Source: Phoronis australis
Taxonomy: Eukaryota; Animalia; Phoronida
Length of the DNA: 64,000 bases
NCBI GenBank assembly: GCA_002633005.1
Contig: NMRA01000474.1
Coordinates: 62,001 to 126,000, forward strand
Direction: 5' to 3'
Shown: positions 1-14,008 of the stretch, piece by piece
How the letters are laid out: each line of letters begins with the position of its first letter
Numbering within the stretch: position 1 is the first letter of the stretch
Notes under the pieces: generated by a model
What the model was told of the DNA's origin: nothing
Database searches by the model: none
Seen by the model: only the letters and a program-made list of their open reading frames with translations
Program-made: the position numbers and the translations under genes

Positions 1-3000
1 CCAAGTGAACGTTATGGAAGAGCACCATCATCGCATTCCCAGCGATACAACGGTGGTTCTCCTCACCGTCGTCATCGGAATGGTGTAACCCATCATAATG
101 AGGGTCATGGTTCAGACTTAAGTTATCGATCACAAGGTATGCCAATGGTCATTACTGTTTATTCACGGTCCTCATTAAGTTATGTGTCGATATTTGCAAG
201 CTTAAATTCTTCCTCGTTTCACTGTGGTCATTTTTGTTTCATGGACTGCCATGCATCAATCAACTTGAGTTTGAATGTCCACAAATTAAATAGTGATTAT
301 ATTTACCACAGTTCACTCATTATCTTTGTCTGGCATTTCATGTATATTCTATGCCATCAGGTGGCGCTAATAGGCGACTTAGCAATGGCTATTATGCCAA
401 TGGTAGCCCAGATGACAGTCTCCATGCACAAGATCTGGTAACCAGTGTGAAAGGTCAAGGTAAGGCATTCTTTTTAAGTACAGTACATTTTTTATGACAT
501 ACCTTTCTCTTTTGTTTGTTTACAAATGGGTTTGTTGTGGTTTCTTTAGTTATCTCTCTGCGTACTGCATTTGGTTGCTGAAACAGTGCTCAGCCACAGT
601 CTTGTCAAGGCGCTGATTGTATTTCATCTGTTGTAGGTCCCTTGGCCACGGACTCTATCCACCGCCAGTATGTTTCTGGTGCGGGTGACCATGGCAACTT
701 CCAGTCCCCAGTGCGCGACTTTACCGACAAGAATGGATCTGGTGCGGAACGCCTGCGCTCGGGTAATCTTTCGTTTCAGAGTGTGAAAAACACATGCTAA
801 GGGCATCCGGACCATTCCTAATATTTTGTTTTGTTTAAGTGTTGTTTAAGGGTGATGATGTCACGTGTTGTAGTTAATTTAGATTAGTCTCTATGATGCA
901 CAAGTGTGCCTTACTTAACTGATTCTGAAAGAACTGACCGCTTGTTTGTGCTTGAGGCCAGGCGCATTGAGCTGACTATCCGACTCGTCATTTTATGCAA
1001 GTAGCATGGTCTCGACCACGAATACACTGCTTGGCCTTCGCAAAGTTAGGAAATAAGTTCTTGTCTGAGTGTCGGACATGCCGAGACCAGTTTTGTGATA
1101 AGAAGTGGCCAAAGGCAGAAATTTTTTGAGATAGGGTGGTGCATAGGTTCAACCGTATCAAGTGACCCTTTCTTTGCTGTAGGTCCCGCCAGTCAGCCAT
1201 CGTGGTCCATTCGCTCATCCCCTCACACCACTCTGCAGTCCAGTCCAGGCCGTCTGACCACTGGTCATCCAGAGCAGGACTCTCTGGTCGACTTGCCACT
1301 GGACGCCTCCAAGTACCACATCATGGACCCTCCTCAGACCATAGGTGGTGCTTCTTGCCCAGTTTGTACTGTTAGAACTACTGTGGTGGAACTTTGAGTC
1401 AGCGGAAATTGTAGAACTTAACTTATGTCACTCATCCAAGCTGAAATTGAGAGAGATCTGTCTAAAATGCTGTGTGATTTCATTTTTGGCTTTAAAAAAT
1501 TAACCGCGTACACGCTTGAAAGTGCTTAGGATATCCTAAAAATATTTTTTCAAGTTGGAAATATTTAAAAATGGATGCATTGTCTGAATCTGTCTTTACA
1601 TTCGTCTATTGCGACTACGCGGTGTGATTTAACAGGGCTCCATAATGTTTCTAGACATAACTGTATCTTGTTATCAACAGTCTGTCAATCAAGAACACGG
1701 ACCTCATAAGGCTTCCTTACTGTAATGTCAGCTGTTTTCTGCTTAGTCACAACTGTAAAGTGGGCAATAGTCACTAACAGGGGTCCCTAATCTTGAGAAC
1801 CAGTTTGATGCCCACTGTTCAGTGGCAGCAACTGGTTATCAAAATGTGGAGGCGCCTGTGAGTCACTATTGCCGTAAACTGGGCCACCAAATTTCGGTCC
1901 ACTGGCATCTTTAAATGTAAACTGTGGAAGAAGTGGTTTAAAGTCCTGTTTACACAATTCGCTTAGTGTTTTTGATACATCATGCAATCCACTTGCACCA
2001 CCATATCACTAGGTCTTGTATCAAAAACAACATGTTTGTGATTGGCCAGCGATCTCTTGAGACGATTGACTGTGACAGTAAAGTGGCCCATGGTCTATCT
2101 CAAATGGAAAATCATTTGCCACTTTTGGGTTTGAAAAAATCGTCTCGGAATGTCTGTCCAGGCAGTCGTCAGTGGTTTCTGAAATAACATCATTACGCTG
2201 AACATGTGATGCTTTGTTCGTAACCTGTCGGCTCTGTTTACAGATCGTTCGCCAGTCAAGGTCAACACAGATCACCGCATGTTGTACGCTGTCGGTCGCA
2301 TCGACGACTATGAGTTGCTGTGTAAACAGGTCAATGAGGCGTTGGTTGTCGTCAAGGGAACGGCTGCCCGTATTGGCAACAGACTTGAAGCATTCCAGTC
2401 AATCTCTGTGACAGAGGTAAATTGAATAGATGAGTCTTCAAACTTGATGCATTGGTTTTAACTCGATGCAAGTAAGTCAAACTCATCACGGCTAAACATG
2501 TGGCTGTGACGAGTTGAAACGGGTTTTTGAGAACACTGTTTTAAACCAGACAATTCAGATGACAAATGCTTCAAGCAGATGACCAGATTTTTGCTTTTGT
2601 GTTACATTTGTAGTTCTGCGAGAAAATGTTTTGTTTTTTGAAAACTATTCTTCGCATGTACTTGGTGTATGTTTGCCGGGTCAGAGGGTAAGGTCGTATT
2701 TGCTTACAGTTACTTTAATTTGCTTTTATTGTCACCCCTTGTTACGTGTTGCTGTATGTGTGTCGGGTTATTCAAAGTGCTCCTTTTCCAGTCATCGGTG
2801 TTAAACAAGTTTTTGAAAGGTCACAACTTTTCTTTGGTGAGGATGGGTGGGTTTTGTGGGTGTGCGAGCAAAGGTCACTAGTCTATGTATTGGGGATTGT
2901 CGTATAGCTGGGTGTGGGCGTTTGAATTCGAAGTGAGTGTTGAGCCGAAGGTGGACGTTAACTCAGACATCCCGTTACCTAACGCACATTTTTTCTTTTC

Positions 3001-6000
3001 CCTGTCTTTAGAAAACCAAGGTAGTATATCTTAAATTCACTTGCCTAGTTGCATGACATCATGAGGTCACCACAGCATTCACTTTGCACCCGCTTTTAGT
3101 TGTTGATGTTTTGTTTATTCTCTGTTGCCGTGGCGTTACCAGTGTTATGTGAATGAAAATGTCATTTAGTGCATGAATGTCGTTTAGTGCATGAATGCTA
3201 TCGCCTGTGCTTTTGGAATTGTGAGTTGAGCTTGATGTCAGTGATTTCTGTGGATACATTTCACTTAAGGTTCAAGTTTTGCTTCTCAGTCGATGCTCAT
3301 TTCTCATTGTCTTGGCGGCTCTATCATGTTGACTTACAACTTCATTCGACTGGAGTGTGTATTTTAATCTTCTAAGCTAAAGGGATTCTAGTGGAGGCAG
3401 TGTGGCCTAGTAGGACAAGTGTTCTCTTCCTTTCCTCGAGGCCGTGGGATTGAGTCCCACTGGAGCACACTGCTAGACCCTTGAGTCAGGTGTCTAGCTC
3501 TTCAGCTCGGTTTTAACTTTACTTAATACAGCATAAAAATGGTTCCAGGTGGTGAGTGCAGTGGACCTGCACACATCTGGTACAACATGTACCAGACCAC
3601 CTGCAATTATTTTTTTTGTTTTTATGAAGGAGTTCTCGCATGTGGACTTCCGTCAATACCGTTATCTTTATATGTCTTAAAGTGGCATGTTGGTAGAAAT
3701 AACATGCAAAAATTGGTCTCCGCTGATACATGTATTTTATTCAACCTGATTTGACACCAAAATTTGCTCCACCTACATTAGGCAGTTCTTGTATTCTCAC
3801 ACCTCCCTCTATGACTACCAGGTATGTGGTATTCACCCACAATGCTGTGCATCACTAGGGCTCTTGTCTTACTTTTACCATGAACAACGGTTCTCCAACT
3901 GCCATTCTAATACGAATGCAGTTTCAGTATTGGAATCCTGACATAAAAAATTAAGCTGTGTCCTTATTTGTTGTCCGACACTGCTTAAATAAGATCTGTC
4001 TAGGTCTTTCACTGTGTCGTGTTTAGGTGATGGTACAAGTCAAACCAACTAGTATAGCGGTGTGATTTTCTTCCTGGCTGACACTTTTGAGACTGTTTTA
4101 AGTCCACGCCCCTCATGTCAGTCAATGCTGTTGACACACAGTAGTGCCTTTTCATTGCCCAGAATAGATGCTTGAATTTTTACCTAGTAGTCGCCTCGCG
4201 CAATATCGCGTATATCATTAAGGCACGCCCCTGTGACAAAAAACGTTACAGACTTTTGTAGGGTTTTCCTGCCTATTCAGATACCTGACACATCATTTAC
4301 TGTTTAAGCCGTGAACCAGAGTCACTTATTTTCTTTTTTATATCTTGTGTTCGTTGTCTTCCAGTATTGCATGTGTCTTGTATGCATTGACATTGTTGCN
4401 CAAGGTAGTATATCTTAAATTCACTTGCCTAGTTGCATGACATCATGAGGTCACCACAGCATTCACTTTGCACCCGCTTTTAGTTGTTGATGTTTTGTTT
4501 ATTCTCTGTTGCCGTGGCGTTACCAGTGTTATGTGAATGAAAATGTCGTTTAGTGCATGAATGCTATCGCCTGTGCTTTCGGAATTGTGAGTTGAGCTTT
4601 ATGTCAGTGATTTCTGTGGACACATTTCACTTAAGGTTCAAGTTTTGCTTCTCAGCCGATGCTCGTTTCTCATTGTCTTGGCAGCTCTGTCATGTTGACT
4701 TACGTAAGAGCACAACTCCATTCGACTGGAGTGTGTATTTTAATCTTCTAAGCTAAAGAGGCTCTAGTGGAGGCAGTGTGGCCTAGTGGGATAAGTGTTC
4801 TCTTCCTTTACTCGAGGCCGTGGGTTCGAGTCCCACTGGGCCACACTACAAGACCCTTGAGTCAGGTGTCTAGCTCTTCAGCTCGGTTTTAACTTTACTT
4901 AATACAGCATAAAAATGGTTCCAGGTGGTGAGTGCAGTGGACCTGCACACATCTGGTACAACATGTACCTGACCACCTGCAATTATTTTTTTTATTTTTA
5001 TGAAGGAGTTCTCGCATGTGGACTTCCGTCAATAACGTTATCTTTGTATGTCTTAAAGTGGCATGTTGGTAGAAATGACATGTGAAAATTGGTCTCCTCT
5101 GATACATGTATTTTATTCAACCTGATTTGACACCAAAATTCGCTCCACCTACATTAGGCAGTTCTTGTATTCTCACACCTCCCTCTCCGACTACCGGGTA
5201 TGTGGTATTCACCCACAATGCTGTGCATCACTAGGGCTCTTGTCTTACTGTTACCATGAACAACGGTTCTCCAACTGCCATTCTAATACGAATGCAGTTT
5301 CAGTATTGGAATCCTGACATAAAAAATTAAGCTGTGTCCTTATTTGTTGTACGACACTGCTTAAATAAGATCTGTCTATGTCTTTTACTGTGTCGTGTTT
5401 AGGTGATGGTACAAGTTAAACCAACTAGAATAGCGGTGTGATGTTCTGCCTGGCTGACACTTTTGAGACTGTTTTAAGTCCACGCCCATCATGTCAGTCA
5501 ATGCGGTTGACACATAGTAGTGCCTTTTCGTTGCCCAGAATAGATGCTTGAATTTTTACCTAGTAGTCGCCTCGCGCAATATCGCGTATATCATTAAGGC
5601 ACGCCCCTGTGACAAAAAACGTTACAGACTTTTGTAGGGTTTTCCTGCCTATACAGATACCTGACACATCATTTACTGTTTAAGCCGTGAACCAGAGTCA
5701 CTTATTTTCTATTTTATATCTTGTGTTCGTTGTCTTCCAGTATTGCATGTGTCNTCGTTCCTTTAGTCTTGCATAGAATGTTCGGGTTGTGATGTCCGTT
5801 ATTTTAAATCAACTCTGTGTGTCTTGCTAGTTAACTCAAGTCTAGTATTCTGTGGTAGTTGGTTGTGAGATGGTTTGTGACATTAGGTTGCACTTTGTCA
5901 TGGTAATTAGTTTGGGTTTGTGATTGATAGTGCGGCCACATTGCATGGGCATCGTTTTTGTCAAGTTCTGCTCATTCGAGTTTATAATTTGTTGAGCAAA

Positions 6001-9000
6001 AATCTGTTAACCTAAGCCTGAGAGCTGCCAGTGAGTTCAAAGACAACATTCAATTGTGTGAGATGTTCACAATGTTGTATTTTTGGCCAAATTACCATTT
6101 CACATATTGTATTTTGTAAATTTCACATATTGTATTTGTATATAAGTCCATCCATTCAACCTTGTGGTAAATCAGTCCATCGTCAAGGAAATAAAAATCA
6201 CCGTGGCAACTAATCAACTGAAAAAATTGTGTATTTACTGCTGCTACTGGTGTTTGGCTGTTTCCAGTTGCTCTCAATTAGTTGTGGCCCTTCTGTGGGT
6301 TTTGTATTTTTTACGATGTTAGACTGATTATCATATTTGAAACGTTAGGCATGGTTTGTATGTAAATACAATATCTGAGCTGAGTTGATGTATGTGGTAC
6401 ATTTAATGACTTCTTCTCACAAGTGTTAAATAAACATAGCCTGGCAAGCATTTTGTCTGCAATTTTCCACTAATGGGTCCCTCTACTCTACTCTCTCCAA
6501 GAGATGTCACCGGTTGCATTACTGTTAACCTGAGTCCAGCACTGATAATCATATCGCATTATTGTTATGGGTATGGTAACACACTCCTTTTGGTTGGTGT
6601 TTCTGATTCTTTGTAAGTGACAAATCTATTCTGACCAGTAAATAGTTTAAGATTTAAAATACTTCAAAAAATGCTCCACAATATGCTCCGGCATATGGCA
6701 TTGAATGTTAAATCTTTTAATAATAGTAATTGTTCTGGTAACAAATTTGTAACAATTATAGTTGTCATAGCAACAATGACTTTGGAGGAGAAGAATTGTG
6801 CACTAATGTTTGTTGTCATGATTATAATGCTGATTGTATTGTTGTAAAAATTACAAACCTTTAACTAAATGTTTGTATATTTGTAGAGCTTAGAGTACAG
6901 TACACTGCGTGAACTGTCCACATCGTCTGGCCAGCTGGACCGAGTGTTGAAGGCGTGTCAGCGACTGGTGCGTATGTTCTGGACTAGCCAGCTCAACCTG
7001 GACGCCAACTCAATGCTCAGCTCATCACAGAGAGAGGTGAGTCCGGGCTGATTTCGTGACACGGGTTCTTACTCGTTACAGAAATCCTGCGATTTGACAA
7101 AAAAGAGTTTCCATGCTTGGGAGGTAATATGATTTAATAAGTTATTATCAGCAGAAATTACTATGGTCTGTTTTTTGGTGAAAAAATAAGTCACGGCAAA
7201 TGAAAGTTATTCAAAAAAATGTGACAAATGAAAACTGAATGTGCTGAACCCTTGTGACAGTCACTTCGATCTGTCATCCAAGTAATTTGGGCAGAGCCTA
7301 ATGTAAAGAGTTGTGAAGCTTTTTGATTGGGCATTACGTGTTTGTGGCTAGGATTCTGGCAATAATCGTATGTAATGTCCCCACATTTTGAGAACCAGTT
7401 TTCTCCACTGAATAACATGCATCAAACTGGTTCTAAAATGTTACCTCCGACTACTGCCAAGATTCTTGCGTGTTCGCCACTCATGCGACGAAACAGTAGT
7501 AAAAATACGTATCCTGCATTCATTGTAACTGATAAATGATCTGAGTATTGACCGTCACTCTCTAACTCCTCCCATATTTAGCCATGCCCATTGGTGGTAT
7601 GAGAACAGGGTAAAATTCTCCAGTTAGGGACAGTGCAGAAAAGATTGCTCAAGGTCTGAGCTTGTATCAAATTTTAGAAATATGCAACATTGGTCATTCC
7701 GAATTAAAGAATTGCAATCAAAGGACTATTCACCGCAGTGCTACACACCAGATTTACATATAAAATATTGCCTAGATGGCTACTCTTGGTGATTTTATGA
7801 ACTGCCAAGTGTTATTTTTAGGCTCTGCTATTACAAAACACAGTGTTCAATATTTGAGTATGATGATAAATGTTAAAACTGGCCACTTCCCGATCTTCAG
7901 ACTCAAGAAATTCAATTTAATTTCAGCTTGAATTTCGCTGGCCTAAGTTTTGTGGACTTTCCCAAACTGGAGAATTGTTAACGTATTCCCCACAAGGACT
8001 TGGACCTACTGATTTGCATTCTTATTTTGAAATGTAAATTGATGTTTGTTTGTTTGTGTCTTGTGTTTGTGTCATGTGTTTGTGTCATATTCCATTCTCC
8101 AGGCTTTCCATGAGCAAGAGATAATGGATCTCAAGGAGAAGTTAGTGTCCCTGGAGAATAAATATGACAAGTTGACCAAGCAGTACAGGGTGAGTCACAC
8201 GCTACACAGGCAAAGGGAACGTTTTTTTCCAATATGGCTCCTGTGCAGCCATCTTTGATTTTGAGCAAGAACGTTTTGACAATGTAGTCAAACAGTGTTA
8301 CTATAGATCCTTGTGGGGTCTTTATGAATAACTGTTGTAACTGCACTTTTGCACTTGGCTTGGGAATTTTGGAATTGAACTTTAGAAGCATGCTAATGTT
8401 ATATACAAGCTTCATTGCTGCTGGTGATCATTTTGAACAGGATTTTTTGCAAATGTTTGGTACACGGGTGGCCTGACATTGCTAAGCACTGTTTTCTGTG
8501 AGCATCAACACATTCATGTGATATTCACACCACATTCACTGTCTTTCTCGCACTCAACTGAAAACCAAACTTGGAGAGACAAAAAATAATTGGTGCAAAG
8601 CTCACACTATGCCATCAAACATAAAGTCGGAGTTTTGGCCTCACAGTTCAAACCACTGTTGCACTGTCCTCCCTGGATATTAACAACAAACCTCTCTGTT
8701 ACACGATTCTTGCTGACAGTTGCCTTAGATTACAGGAAAGGTTATTTCCAAAATGGCCACTAGCAGCCATGTTAGTTACTGACTAGTTTTCAAAAGAAAT
8801 GAAAATTCTGATAGCCAATATACTGTAAAGCTTGCACTGTTGCGTAAGTCAGTTTGGTTGTTCTAGTTCATGAACTTAACTGTTCAGGTAACTCAGTTTT
8901 TGCCTTACTGGGTGATTGAATGTGACTATTATAACATCGAGTCAGTTTTTTACCACGAGAAGTGCCCAGTTTGCTTAATATGCGTTGAAAACATAACCTC

Positions 9001-11282
9001 AGAGGTTCATTCTTCCAACCCATTCCTATCGTTGGTGAAGTCTCAGATTCAGCTGTATTCTTGATGCATTTTAGCACGTGAATGAAAATTAATGTTTGCA
9101 TCACACCAGAGTATGCAAGTGTTTTTGTCCACACACCAATGGTTTGCTTATACTGTAAAATCTCGCCAATTTCGGATAAAATTAATTGCCATAATTGCTG
9201 TTTGTCATTTTTCAAAGTGTTCTTACACTGTGTTGATTGTGCACAATATAGAAATATTTTCTGTCATGGTAGATACGGAACAGAACTTGAACATCCTAAA
9301 ATATAAATTTGACACTACTCATCTTTTATAAAAAATTGAGAAAATTAAATTACACTCATCTGCAATTCTGCGTCATAAGTTGGTAAGATTACCAATAATG
9401 ACTCCACTGTCTCTTGGACATTAATGACTCCACTGTCACTTGGACATAATGACTCNCTGATAGCCAATATACTGTAAAGCTTGCACTGTTGCGTAAGTCA
9501 GTTTGGTTGTTCTAGTTCATGAACTTAACTGTTCAGGTAACTCAGTTTTTGCCTTACTGGGTGATTGAATGTGACTATTATAACATCGAGTCAGTTTTTT
9601 ACCACGAGAAGTGCCCAGTTTGCTTAATATGCGTTGAAAACATAACCTCAGAGGTTCATTCTTCCAACCCATTTCTATCGTTGGTGAAGTCTCAGATTCA
9701 GCTGTATTCTTGATGCATTTTTGCACGTGAATGAAATGTTTGCATCACACCAGAGTATGCAAGTGTTTTTGTCCACACACCAATGGTTTGCTTATACTGT
9801 AAAATCTCGCCAATTTCGGATAAAATTAATTGCCATAATTGCTGTTTTGTCATTTTTCAAAGTGTTCTTACACTGTGTTGATTGTGCACAATATAGAAAT
9901 ATTTTCTGTCATGGTAGATACGGAACAGAACTTGAACATCCTGAAATATAAATTTGACACCACTCATCTTTTATAAAAAATTGAGAAAATTAAATTACAC
10001 TCATCTGCAATTCTGCGTCATAAGTTGGTGAGATTACCAATAATGACTCCACTGTCTCTTGGACATTAATGACTCCACTGTCACTTGGACATAATGACTC
10101 CACTGTCACTTGGCCATTAATGACTCCACTGTCACTTGGCCATTAATGACTCCACTGTCACTGGGACATTAATGACTCCACTGTCACTGGGACATTAGTG
10201 ACTCCACTGTCACTTGGACATTAATGACTCCACTGTCACTTGGACATTCTAACGTTGCCTTGTCCGCTTTTTATCTTAGGTTAGTCACAAGAAGTGTGAA
10301 CACCTGCAGGATCACATTACTCGTGAATGTAAGTATTGAATATTGTTGAGTGTGATATAGTGTGTTGGATATTGTTGAGTGTGATATAGTGTGTTGGATA
10401 TTGTTGAGTGTGATGTAGTGTGTTGGATATTGTTGAGTGTGATGTAGTGTGTTGGATATTGTTGAGTGTGATGTGGCGTGTTAGATATTGTTGAGTGTGA
10501 TGTGGCGTGTTAGATATTGTTGAGTGTAATGTGGCGTGTTAGATATTGTTGAGTGTGATGTGGCCAAGTTTTCTAATGAAAAACTTCAGATAATACCGTA
10601 CAGCATACATGAATATGTAAATCGTGAACTCACAGGAAAATCTAGGTCACGCTCTCAAAGCCATGTCAACATACTGTCTTAACTGTTGTATTTCTTTTAG
10701 TAATTTTTGCAAACATATGTAATTCTGGTCTGCACGCCACCTGTTAGTCACGTGACATAATGGGCATAAGTGTGAAAAAATTTCTACACCGGACAGCATT
10801 CGAACTCAGAACCTTCTGCTACGTGTAACTGTGCAAACACTCTAGTCCGCTGTTCCACCTCGACAACTGGTCGAAAACAGAAATATGATCCTGCCCATAA
10901 ACTCGTGAGTGTGTACAGTATGTGAGTCTTGAACTGACATGGAAATATAGATGGCAGACATTTTCAAGCCTCTTCTGCACGCCATCTATTGGCCGCATCA
11001 TGTGACATGATGAACAGTCTGAAAAACTTTCATCTTTTCAGACTTATGTTCATGTTCATTAGGTGATGTGATGTGGCCAATAGATGGCGTGCATAGCAGA
11101 CTTAAAGATGTTTGCTAAAATAGCACAGCATAGACGAATGTTTCTGCATGATATATCAATCAATATATTTTTGGGTTTCAGTGTCAAAGACAGAAAACAC
11201 ACTGCGTAAGGCACGGGCAAACTTTGAGGAACACTATTTGTCACGGACTCCTTCGAGTGCATCTGGCTCGCAAACCGGGTGA
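1..11282 (+). CDS. CDK5RAP2: CDK5RAP2/myomegalin (centrosomin family) protein, 3' part with CM2 domain; 5' end lies outside the window
   Basis: GT-AG exons in consistent phase: <1-136, 361-459, 637-762, 1183-1344, 2244-2416, 6887-7036, 8103-8189, 10280-10328, 11182-11282 (TGA). Translation includes YAVGRIDDYELLCKQVNE, LRELSTSSGQLDRVLKACQRLVRMFWTSQL and LSKTENTLRKARANFE. These resemble PDE4DIP/CDK5RAP2 C-terminal motifs (GHIDDYSALREQI, LTMFWRAAL, THDVLKKARTNLE). Probably a pro-ortholog of both vertebrate genes. The low-complexity upstream exons are less certain. Confidence 0.85.
3393..3617 (+). mobile_element. tRNA-derived SINE
   Basis: A box TGGCCTAGTAG, B box GGATTGAGTCCC, CORE-like CCCTTGAGTCAGG, 3' stem-loop TCTGGTACA-aca-TGTACCAGA and a T-rich tail. 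Homologous to 4769-4992 and 58368-58606. Confidence 0.8.
4769..4992 (+). mobile_element. tRNA-derived SINE (copy inside the duplicated block)
   Basis: A box TGGCCTAGTGG, B box GGTTCGAGTCCC, same body as 3393-3617. Confidence 0.8.
8808..10100. repeat. About 650 bp tandem duplicate (8808-9455 vs 9457-about 10100), probably an assembly artefact
   Basis: Near-identical blocks joined at N 9456. The first copy breaks inside the 26-bp minisatellite. Confidence 0.85.
10041..10248. repeat. 26-bp minisatellite
   Basis: About 8 copies of TAATGACTCCACTGTCACTTGGACAT. Confidence 0.92.
10340..10564. repeat. 29-bp minisatellite
   Basis: About 8 copies of ATATTGTTGAGTGTGATGTAGTGTGTTGG, with variants changing gradually along the array. 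Confidence 0.92.
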
Positions 11283-14008
11283 AATTGTTGGAAACTGGTG
11301 GAATTGCAATCGAAACTGGCCGCACAGGATTAGAAAGGTGGTCCTAACTGGATGCAAATATTTCTACTTCACCGAATGCCTGAGAAATTAAGAATGGATC
11401 GAACTATTATTTGTGAATGAATGGTGCGAAGGATGGTGGAGACTCAATTTCACTCTCAATTTTGGGAAGTTTGTACAATATGTAAAGCTCCCAGGATAAA
11501 AGGTTGCTGTCAAAGTGGCCTTATGTGGCCTAGTCAGAATTGCATGGATTATATTAGTGTATATAACTTGTCTATAAGTTTAGGATTCATCTCACGGTGT
11601 ATAAAATTTACTACCAGAATCTTTTCATCTCGACCGCTCTTTGTGGTAGCCACAAATTGGTGTTGTACGAAAAATTGTGCATTTTGTCTGTTCAAGACCG
11701 AATGGAAAATGTCTACAGACCTTGTTTATATTTTGTGTGCATTGTGTCTACTGTTATGGTGCTTACATGCTTTACTTGGCTCGTTTTTAGCTTACAGTCT
11801 ACTTGTCTTAAGCTAGACTTGGTTTGGCTCTCTGGCCTGTTTCTATAACTAACTATTCTGTTTGTTGTGGGCTTCTTAATGTGCAATACGGTGTTTCATC
11901 GTCTTAATGTTTTATCTGGTAACTGTTGCAAATTTTACTTGGCTTCGAAAAGTAAATTATAAAATGAAAAAGTGCACTTTCCTTGGGCAAATTACAAGGT
12001 TGGCAAAGATGTCTTGAAAACGTGTATGTATGTAGTCTTTTAGAGTTGTTGTACGTTTGTACCAAGATGGAGTAGGTACAAGCAGTCACTTGTCATTCCA
12101 TTACAACTATTTGTTCGATATTCATGTGAGACTCTCTAATGTGCTGTTCTTTGGAAGAAACTGTTGCTACGTTTTCTATAAGAATACAAATGTGATGTTT
12201 CAAAGAGGCAGAGTATTGGAATGTAAATGGAGTGGGCTGATAAGAAGGCAGGTCAGCTGTCTGACGAGCGTTCACATGGTAGATTTTTGTTCAGGCAACT
12301 GATCAGACATTTAATCTCCCTTCGTACTGGAAACTGTGAACGGTGCATTCTTATCTTACACCATGTGAACAATGTATAGTTGTGTAAGCATGGTGTGACT
12401 TGGTCCTACAGTTAGTTAAAATATGTTGATCGTTAAGATGTGTTGTGACTGCACATTTGTTGACAATTATTTATTTATTAATTTTATAGATTAGTAGAAG
12501 CTCAGTCATTAATCGTTATCTTAAAGTGGCATTTCTCTGCACTCAAACATAGAATACGCTGATAGATTATGACATAGTTCCCTCAAACTTTTGTCTTTCC
12601 CTAAAATCAAATGTCAGATTCAATTATATCAACTGAAATTGAGTGATCACAAAATCGGCAAATTTTGAAAAATATGAAACATTGACCTAGCCTGTGAAAA
12701 GTGATGGCTGTTTGACACCTGTCTACATGGTAATACCTGGATGACCTGTTTCAGGCATGTGATTCCACTGTCGTGTTATAGGATGTTTGAGACAATTATG
12801 TGTGCCTCCAGAACTGTCTGATGGTAGATGGCCATCACTTATATCACCTATGGTGGAAAACCTCTTTTGGACATTTATCAATTATCACGCTGATAAACCT
12901 TGTGTGAAAAGTTATATTAACCGTTATTATGAATTCCTATCAACCATTTATATGCCATACCTTTCATGTGAATTCATAGCAGTGGTTGATATCAATTCAT
13001 GTAAATAAAGGTTTTGCTGATAAATCATGATAATCAAAATCATATTTGTAATCTCGATCACAATTTGCATTTTCCGTATGAAATACGAAGAAACTGTTCC
13101 TTGTGTAGAAACAAACATGATACAAATGTCATGTTGGGGTAAAATGGCGACAATTGTACAGTGTATTGTCACCTGTGTTGTGGGGTTTTGTTTCAACGTT
13201 GGGTTTGTTTTATCGAGTGAAACAGTCTTGTAGTGTGCTGTATGTAGATGTGGTCTTAAAATATGGAAATTTTGGAAATACCAGTGGCAAAAATGTATTT
13301 TAGAATACTTCCTATTTAAGTGACAGATTTAGGATGTCTTAAAGGGGGCAACTACAACTTTTGAAGGGGAAAACGACGTCTGTCTTGCCCTCCTCCTCCT
13401 AGTGGCTTATGCATATTAAGTATTTGTGTGTTGTGCCATTTTTCATTCAGTGAAAACTTTTATTAATTACATGAAGTATTTTGGAGCATTACATAACATA
13501 AAAATGTTCTTTGTTGTTTTACTTTCAGTAGCTTACTCAAAGCTAAAGGTTTGATGTAATTGCTTTCATCAACTTAAAGTTCATGAAAGACTGATAAAAA
13601 CGTGCCAGCCAGCTGTTCAAGAGAAACGCTGCTGTCTGCGCTTTACTTTCTGTATCCAAATCGCCTTTGGTGTGTTATACAAAAAGTTACAAGTTTGCAC
13701 TTACAGTCAAATTTTTCACTGTAACATTTGAGTTTCAGGTTTGCTTTTCCTCAGTAAGCCTAAACTTCACCAACTCCATGTTGGATTATTCCATACTTTA
13801 AAGCAACCTCTTTGCTTTACAGTAGCTCACGTTAAAAATATAAACCAACTATTCACGGTTAAACTAAGTGTTTCTCAGTTGTAGACGCCTTCAGTTCAAA
13901 AACGTTCAAATAGCAATGGGAGGCGTGTGCAGAGTTTAGTTTTGCGCCCCGATTGGATGGTTTCTTTTCCACCACGAGACTCCCGCAGAGATTCCACGTG
14001 CGTGTCTG

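Larger units (their letters stand above)
3017..5753. repeat. About 1.4 kb tandem duplicate (3017-4399 vs 4401-5753), probably uncollapsed haplotypes
   Basis: Near-identical blocks with scattered SNPs and indels, joined at single Ns (4400, 5754). Confidence 0.85.

Noticed and set aside
4769-4850. tRNA gene
   Set aside because: It has A and B boxes but no cloverleaf, and continues into a shared SINE body.
10041-10564. CRISPR-like regular repeats
   Set aside because: Head-to-tail minisatellites without unique spacers, in a eukaryotic intron, with no cas genes.
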